DNA from: Bacteroidaceae bacterium
GTDB lineage: Bacteria > Bacillota > Clostridia > Lachnospirales > Lachnospiraceae
Assembly: GCA_963589005.1 (NCBI GenBank)
Contig: CAVAJR010000003.1
Coordinates: forward strand, 21,379-85,378
Reading direction: 5' to 3'
Length of the DNA stretch: 64,000 nt
Shown here: piece after piece, positions 59,869 through 64,000 of the stretch
How positions within the stretch are numbered: position 1 is the first letter of the stretch
How the letters are laid out: each line of letters starts with the position of its first letter
The notes under the pieces: generated by a model
Databases searched by the model: none
Seen by the model: the letters and a program-made list of their open reading frames with translations, nothing else
What the model was told of the DNA's origin: nothing
Position numbers and translations under genes: made by a program

Positions 59869-61317
59869 ATGAAGAATGAAGTTCTCCGAATGGAACATAT
59901 ATCGGTAAAGAAAAGAAGCGGTCTTGCACTGTCTGATTTCAGATTAAATGTTTTTGAAGGAGATCTTGTTGCTGTATTTGGTTTCGAGGACAGCGGCGTA
60001 CAGGAATTAGGCGAGGTGATACTGGGCAATACATATAACGAGGGACGCATATTATATTGCGAACAGGAATTAAAATCTGACAAGGATAAATTATCAGAGC
60101 AAAGGGGTGTGTTTGTTATAGAAGACAATACATCAATAATGCCTGATTTTACAGTTGCCGAGAATCTGTTCTTTCGTGCTGCAGGAAGTTATTTCAGAAT
60201 AGTAGCCAATCCGAAGCAGCAGGAAACATTTGCCAGGGGAATACTTGCCAGGCTTGATGTTGCAATTGATGTAAGAAAGAAAGGAAAAGAACTTCGTTTT
60301 TACGAACGCTTTGTTTTAAGTCTGGCGAGAGCTTATGTTCAAAATGCCAGGCTTATTGTATTTATTGATCCTCCTAATCTGGCTGATATGGGGCACGGAA
60401 GAGAGATTATTGCTATTATTGATAAACTCAAGCAATCCGGAATATCGATTCTGTGGCTAGACAACCATATCCAGGGCATAGAAGAGATTGTAGATGGAAT
60501 ATTCGTTGTTCGAGACGGGAAAAATGCAAGGACATATTATCATGAAGATTTCTCATTAGAGAAAATAATCGGAATCGCTGAAAATAAGAGAAACGTCAAT
60601 ATAGCCGAAAGAGATACTAATAAGTCAAGCGGCGCCACATTGCTTGAAATGGTAAATGTATGCAGCAGACGTCTTGATAATCTTAATCTGTCGATAGAAG
60701 AGGGGCATATAAACGGGATAAATTCTAATGACCCGGAGCGGCTTAGTGAACTAAGAAATATTTTATGCGGTGAACTTCAGGAATATAAAGGACAGATGCT
60801 TCTCCGGGATAAGAGATATCATCCCGACAATTATAACGAGGCTGCAAAACAGGGCGTGCAATATGTGGATATAATGAAATTCGAGAAGCATGTTATATCG
60901 CAAATGAATGTTATCGATAATATGCTCTTACAGAGTTATTGGCTCAATAATAGTATATTCGGCTTTACACATAATCATCAGATCAAATACATGGAGACAG
61001 AATTAAGAAGGCGTCACAGACATTGGCATCTGGATAGCTGGGAGAATCTTGAGGTATGGCAGCAGAAAATACTTCTTATGGAAAGATTCTTGTTTCAGCC
61101 GGTGAAGATCTGCATTATTACGGAGCCGTTTATTAAATTTAACAGTGAAATGATAGAGAGTGCCTTGAAGGTATTTGACGAATTAATATCCAGAGGCAAA
61201 ACGATAGTGCTGCTTTCTATGAGCATTCATGATCTTATGACTGCCTGTGATGAAATAACCATAATAAACAAAGGTAAAAATGTGCTGACGATCGCCCGCG
61301 AGGATTGGCAAAAATAA
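59869..61317 (+). CDS. degenerate tandem-NBD ABC ATPase paralogue (CUT2 MglA/RbsA-like, predicted non-catalytic)
   Basis: Length and block order match a two-NBD sugar ABC ATPase. NBD1 Walker A is GFEDSGVQE (59980-60006) and Walker B is VFIDPP. NBD2 Walker A is GINSNDPERLSE, the signature is reduced to WQQK, and Walker B is ICIITEP. Confidence 0.7.
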   Translation: MKNEVLRMEHISVKKRSGLALSDFRLNVFEGDLVAVFGFEDSGVQELGEVILGNTYNEGRILYCEQELKSDKDKLSEQRGVFVIEDNTSIMPDFTVAENLFFRAAGSYFRIVANPKQQETFARGILARLDVAIDVRKKGKELRFYERFVLSLARAYVQNARLIVFIDPPNLADMGHGREIIAIIDKLKQSGISILWLDNHIQGIEEIVDGIFVVRDGKNARTYYHEDFSLEKIIGIAENKRNVNIAERDTNKSSGATLLEMVNVCSRRLDNLNLSIEEGHINGINSNDPERLSELRNILCGELQEYKGQMLLRDKRYHPDNYNEAAKQGVQYVDIMKFEKHVISQMNVIDNMLLQSYWLNNSIFGFTHNHQIKYMETELRRRHRHWHLDSWENLEVWQQKILLMERFLFQPVKICIITEPFIKFNSEMIESALKVFDELISRGKTIVLLSMSIHDLMTACDEITIINKGKNVLTIAREDWQK

Positions 61318-61327
61318 TGAAATAAGC

Positions 61328-61354
61328 GGGGATATTAAAAATACCCCCCTTTTT
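61328..61354 (+). terminator. terminator after the RR-HK-pseudoATPase operon
   Basis: GGGGATAT / ATACCCC stem (one bulged A) followed by CCTTTTT. Confidence 0.6.
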
Positions 61355-61513
61355 GTAGAAAAACCACCTTTTGGCATTATTGAACGTTTTTTATAATCTG
61401 ACCAAGTAATGAGCCAAGCGGGATATAAATATCGCAGCGGCAGGAAGCATGCATGGATGCGGCTTCTTAATTACAATAAAATAAGAGGGTGCTTTGATCA
61501 AAGGAGGAGCAGT

Positions 61514-62491
61514 ATGAAAAAGGTTTTAAGTGTATTACTTGCAGCAGTTTTGACATTATCAGTATTTGCTACTACGGCATTTGCAGATGAGGCTAAGACA
61601 GTTGAACCAAACGGAATGAAGGTTACAGCATTGTTCTTCAGTCTTGAAGGCGAATTCTTCCAGATGTTTGATGGTTTGTTAAGGGAAGAACTTGAGAGCA
61701 AGGGATATGAGTATGAGAGCCAGTCATCCAATCTGGATCCTATTACGATGTGTGAGCAGATTGAAAATGCAGCAATTTCAGGAACAGATCTTATCTGGAC
61801 ATGGGCAGTATCAGGCGAGGCGATCGCAGACACCTGCCACCGCGTTCGTGAAGATTACGGCGTAAAGATCTACAGCTTTGTTCAGTATCCGGGTGAAGGC
61901 AATGTTGATGTATTCCGCGGAACGGATGAAACAGAATGTGGACATAAGATTGCTGAAATGGCTATGGATTGGGCTGATGCTAAAGAATACAAAGAAGACG
62001 GTTCTATCAAGGCTCTTGTACTTGGAAACGAAGATTCAACACAGCAGAAGGAACGTTTTGAAGCAGTTCAGGAAAAGTTAGCAGAAGATCCGAGATTTGA
62101 GATCCTTGAAGCAGTTTCACTTGAGGCTTCTACTGTTGCAGCTCAGAATACATCTGAGAATATGTTCAACAAATACGACCATATTGATTGTGTGATCACA
62201 CCGGCCGGAGAGATGGCACTGGGAGTTGTTGCTTATACACATTCAGAGTCCAGCCCTGTTGATTTCAAGGATGTTGCCGTATTCGGAACAGAGCTTAATG
62301 AAGAAATAGCTAATTACATTAAGGACGGTTCTATTATCGGAACTATCATGAATGGCGGAGTACCTGCTGAAAATGTAAAGGCACAGGCAGAACAGATTGA
62401 TAAACTTCTTAAGGGTGAAGAAGTAGAAGCTTTCTCAGGCGTTGACCTTGCTAAGGTTACTATCGATAATTTGGAACAGTTTGGTTATTAA
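61514..62491 (+). CDS. periplasmic-binding-protein type I sugar-binding protein (RbsB/MglB-like)
   Basis: ATG 61514 is 6 nt after AGGAGGAG. Signal peptide MKKVLSVLLAAVLTLSVFATTAFA-DE has no lipobox Cys. Peripla_BP-like alternation (KVTALFFSL..., IKALVLGNEDS...). Confidence 0.8.
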   Translation: MKKVLSVLLAAVLTLSVFATTAFADEAKTVEPNGMKVTALFFSLEGEFFQMFDGLLREELESKGYEYESQSSNLDPITMCEQIENAAISGTDLIWTWAVSGEAIADTCHRVREDYGVKIYSFVQYPGEGNVDVFRGTDETECGHKIAEMAMDWADAKEYKEDGSIKALVLGNEDSTQQKERFEAVQEKLAEDPRFEILEAVSLEASTVAAQNTSENMFNKYDHIDCVITPAGEMALGVVAYTHSESSPVDFKDVAVFGTELNEEIANYIKDGSIIGTIMNGGVPAENVKAQAEQIDKLLKGEEVEAFSGVDLAKVTIDNLEQFGY

Positions 62492-62530
62492 TGAATAAGT
62501 TGATATCATGAATTCCTTACAAATGACAGA

Positions 62531-62554
62531 TCTGCCGGCTTTTATGCCGGCAGA
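62531..62554 (+). other. intercistronic 9-bp perfect stem-loop between the SBP and ATPase genes
   Basis: TCTGCCGGC (62531-62539), loop TTTTAT, GCCGGCAGA (62546-62554). No U-tract follows. Confidence 0.6.
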
Positions 62555-62582
62555 AATCCTATAAAGAAAGGTGAATTTTGAT

Positions 62583-64000
62583 ATGAGCAGCGAATCAGCA
62601 TTGCGACTTAATCATATAACCAAAAAATATCCCGGTGTTATCGCGCTGAATGATGTTTCATTTGAATTACTAAAAGGCGAGGTTCATGCCATAGTCGGAG
62701 AAAATGGCGCAGGCAAGTCAACACTTATTAAGTGCTTGTGCGGTGCGATCACTCCTGAGGAGGGCACAATAGAAATAGATGGACAGACATATAAAGGCAT
62801 GAACCCTAAACTGTCCAGAGAACATGGCGTTGAAGTTGTTTATCAGGAGTTAAACCTTATAGACGGACTTACAGTTGCTGAAAATGTATGCTTTGGAGCC
62901 AGGTATGGCAAACTGGTTAATTTTAAGCTTATTAACCAGAAAACCCAGGAGGTCTTTAAGAGGCTTAATGTGCATATTGATCCTAAAAAATTGGTTATGC
63001 ATCTGTCAACGGCGCAGCAGCAGCTGGTGGAGATAGCTAAGTCTGTCTCTAAGGATGTTAAGGTTCTTATCCTTGATGAGCCAACAGCACCGCTTACTAC
63101 GGACGATGTGGACATACTTTTTGATATTATCCGAATGCTTAAGGCCAAAGGCGTATCCATAGTTTATATTTCTCATAGGTTAGATGAAATATTTGAAATA
63201 GCTGATCGTGTAACGGTTATGAGAGATGGTCAGTATGTTACGACGCTTAATACTAAGGATACCAACAGAGATGAATTGATTAAATACATGGTAGGCCGTG
63301 AGCTGAAGGACATATATCCTGCCAATCCTTATGTTACAGATGAGCCGATGCTTGAACTTATCAATGTATGCGGTAACGGTGATAAGGATATCAGCCTTCA
63401 CATAAACAAGGGGGAAATTGTAGGTCTGGCAGGACTTGTGGGTGCAGGAAGAACAGAGCTTGCCAGAGTTCTCTTCGGTGCCGACAAGAAGGAATCAGGA
63501 ACCATCAAGCTGGATAAAAAGGAAGTACATATTTCTAATCCGGGTCAGGCTATCAAGTTGGGAATAGGTTTGATCCCTGAGGACAGAAAAAGACAGGGAA
63601 CTATCCTTAGTTATGGCATAGACTGGAATATAGCTCTTACACATTTGCCTAGAATATCCAAGGGTATAGTCGTACAGAATAAGATCGTACAGGAGGAGGC
63701 TGATGAATTCATTCAAAAGCTTAAGATAAAGACTCCGAGCAGAAAACAGTTAGTCAGAAACTTAAGCGGCGGCAATCAGCAAAAGGTTGTTTTGGCCCGT
63801 ACTCTGGTTAATGATTCGAAGCTGGTAATATTCGACGAACCTACGAGGGGTATTGATGTTGGCGCCAGAGCTGAGATCTATAATCTTATATCAGACCTGG
63901 CAGCCCAAGGGAAGGCAGTTTTAATGATCAGTTCTGATATGGAAGAGCTGATAGGCATGTCTGACAGAATATATGCACTGGCAGACGGCAGGATTACCGG
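62583..64000 (+). CDS. sugar ABC transporter ATP-binding protein, tandem NBD (CUT2, MglA/RbsA-like); 3' end outside the window
   Basis: Absent from the ORF track because there is no stop codon in the window. ATG 62583. Canonical Walker A GENGAGKST (62697-62723), Walker B LILDEPT, second NBD GLVGAGRTE, LSGGNQQK, FDEPTRGID. Confidence 0.9.
   Translation, partial: MSSESALRLNHITKKYPGVIALNDVSFELLKGEVHAIVGENGAGKSTLIKCLCGAITPEEGTIEIDGQTYKGMNPKLSREHGVEVVYQELNLIDGLTVAENVCFGARYGKLVNFKLINQKTQEVFKRLNVHIDPKKLVMHLSTAQQQLVEIAKSVSKDVKVLILDEPTAPLTTDDVDILFDIIRMLKAKGVSIVYISHRLDEIFEIADRVTVMRDGQYVTTLNTKDTNRDELIKYMVGRELKDIYPANPYVTDEPMLELINVCGNGDKDISLHINKGEIVGLAGLVGAGRTELARVLFGADKKESGTIKLDKKEVHISNPGQAIKLGIGLIPEDRKRQGTILSYGIDWNIALTHLPRISKGIVVQNKIVQEEADEFIQKLKIKTPSRKQLVRNLSGGNQQKVVLARTLVNDSKLVIFDEPTRGIDVGARAEIYNLISDLAAQGKAVLMISSDMEELIGMSDRIYALADGRIT

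Overview
Chromosomal segment of a moderate-GC Firmicute. The gene order looks clostridial or Lachnospiraceae-like: rpmB/yloV-recG, nusB-xseAB-ispA-dxs-tlyA-nadK, and secG-smpB-ssrA. Almost every gene is on the + strand. The contents run in this order. (1) The branched-chain amino-acid cluster ilvB(partial)-ilvN-ilvC | ilvD | leuCD | leuBA, with copies of a palindromic repeat in its intergenic gaps. (2) An AT-rich accessory block encoding a lipoprotein, two ABC-2-type permeases and an ABC ATPase. (3) Two identical tRNA-Gly(GCC) genes flanking a patatin-like phospholipase gene, followed by a 157-bp element with terminal inverted repeats. (4) A long housekeeping run: rpmB, yloV, recG, ddl, murF, tyrS, alaS, rlmH, nusB, xseAB, ispA, dxs, tlyA, nadK, gpmI, secG, smpB and tmRNA. 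(5) A compositionally distinct ftsH plus DUF308/HdeD-like pair directly after ssrA. (6) A glycoside-utilisation super-locus. It holds a GH3 enzyme, a GH78 alpha-L-rhamnosidase, pgmB, a secreted carboxylesterase, and two tandem AraC regulators fused to GH39-like domains that appear catalytically disabled. It also holds a small-subunit plus xylose-isomerase-like TIM-barrel pair resembling C-glycoside deglycosidases, followed by an Fe-S flavoprotein. It ends with an AraC-type response regulator, a sensor-less mini histidine kinase, a doubly degenerate ABC-ATPase paralogue, and a CUT2-type sugar ABC transporter that runs off the window. I recognised no rRNA, CRISPR array, transposase or integrase. 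All functional calls rest on motif and gene-order recognition by eye; no database search was possible.
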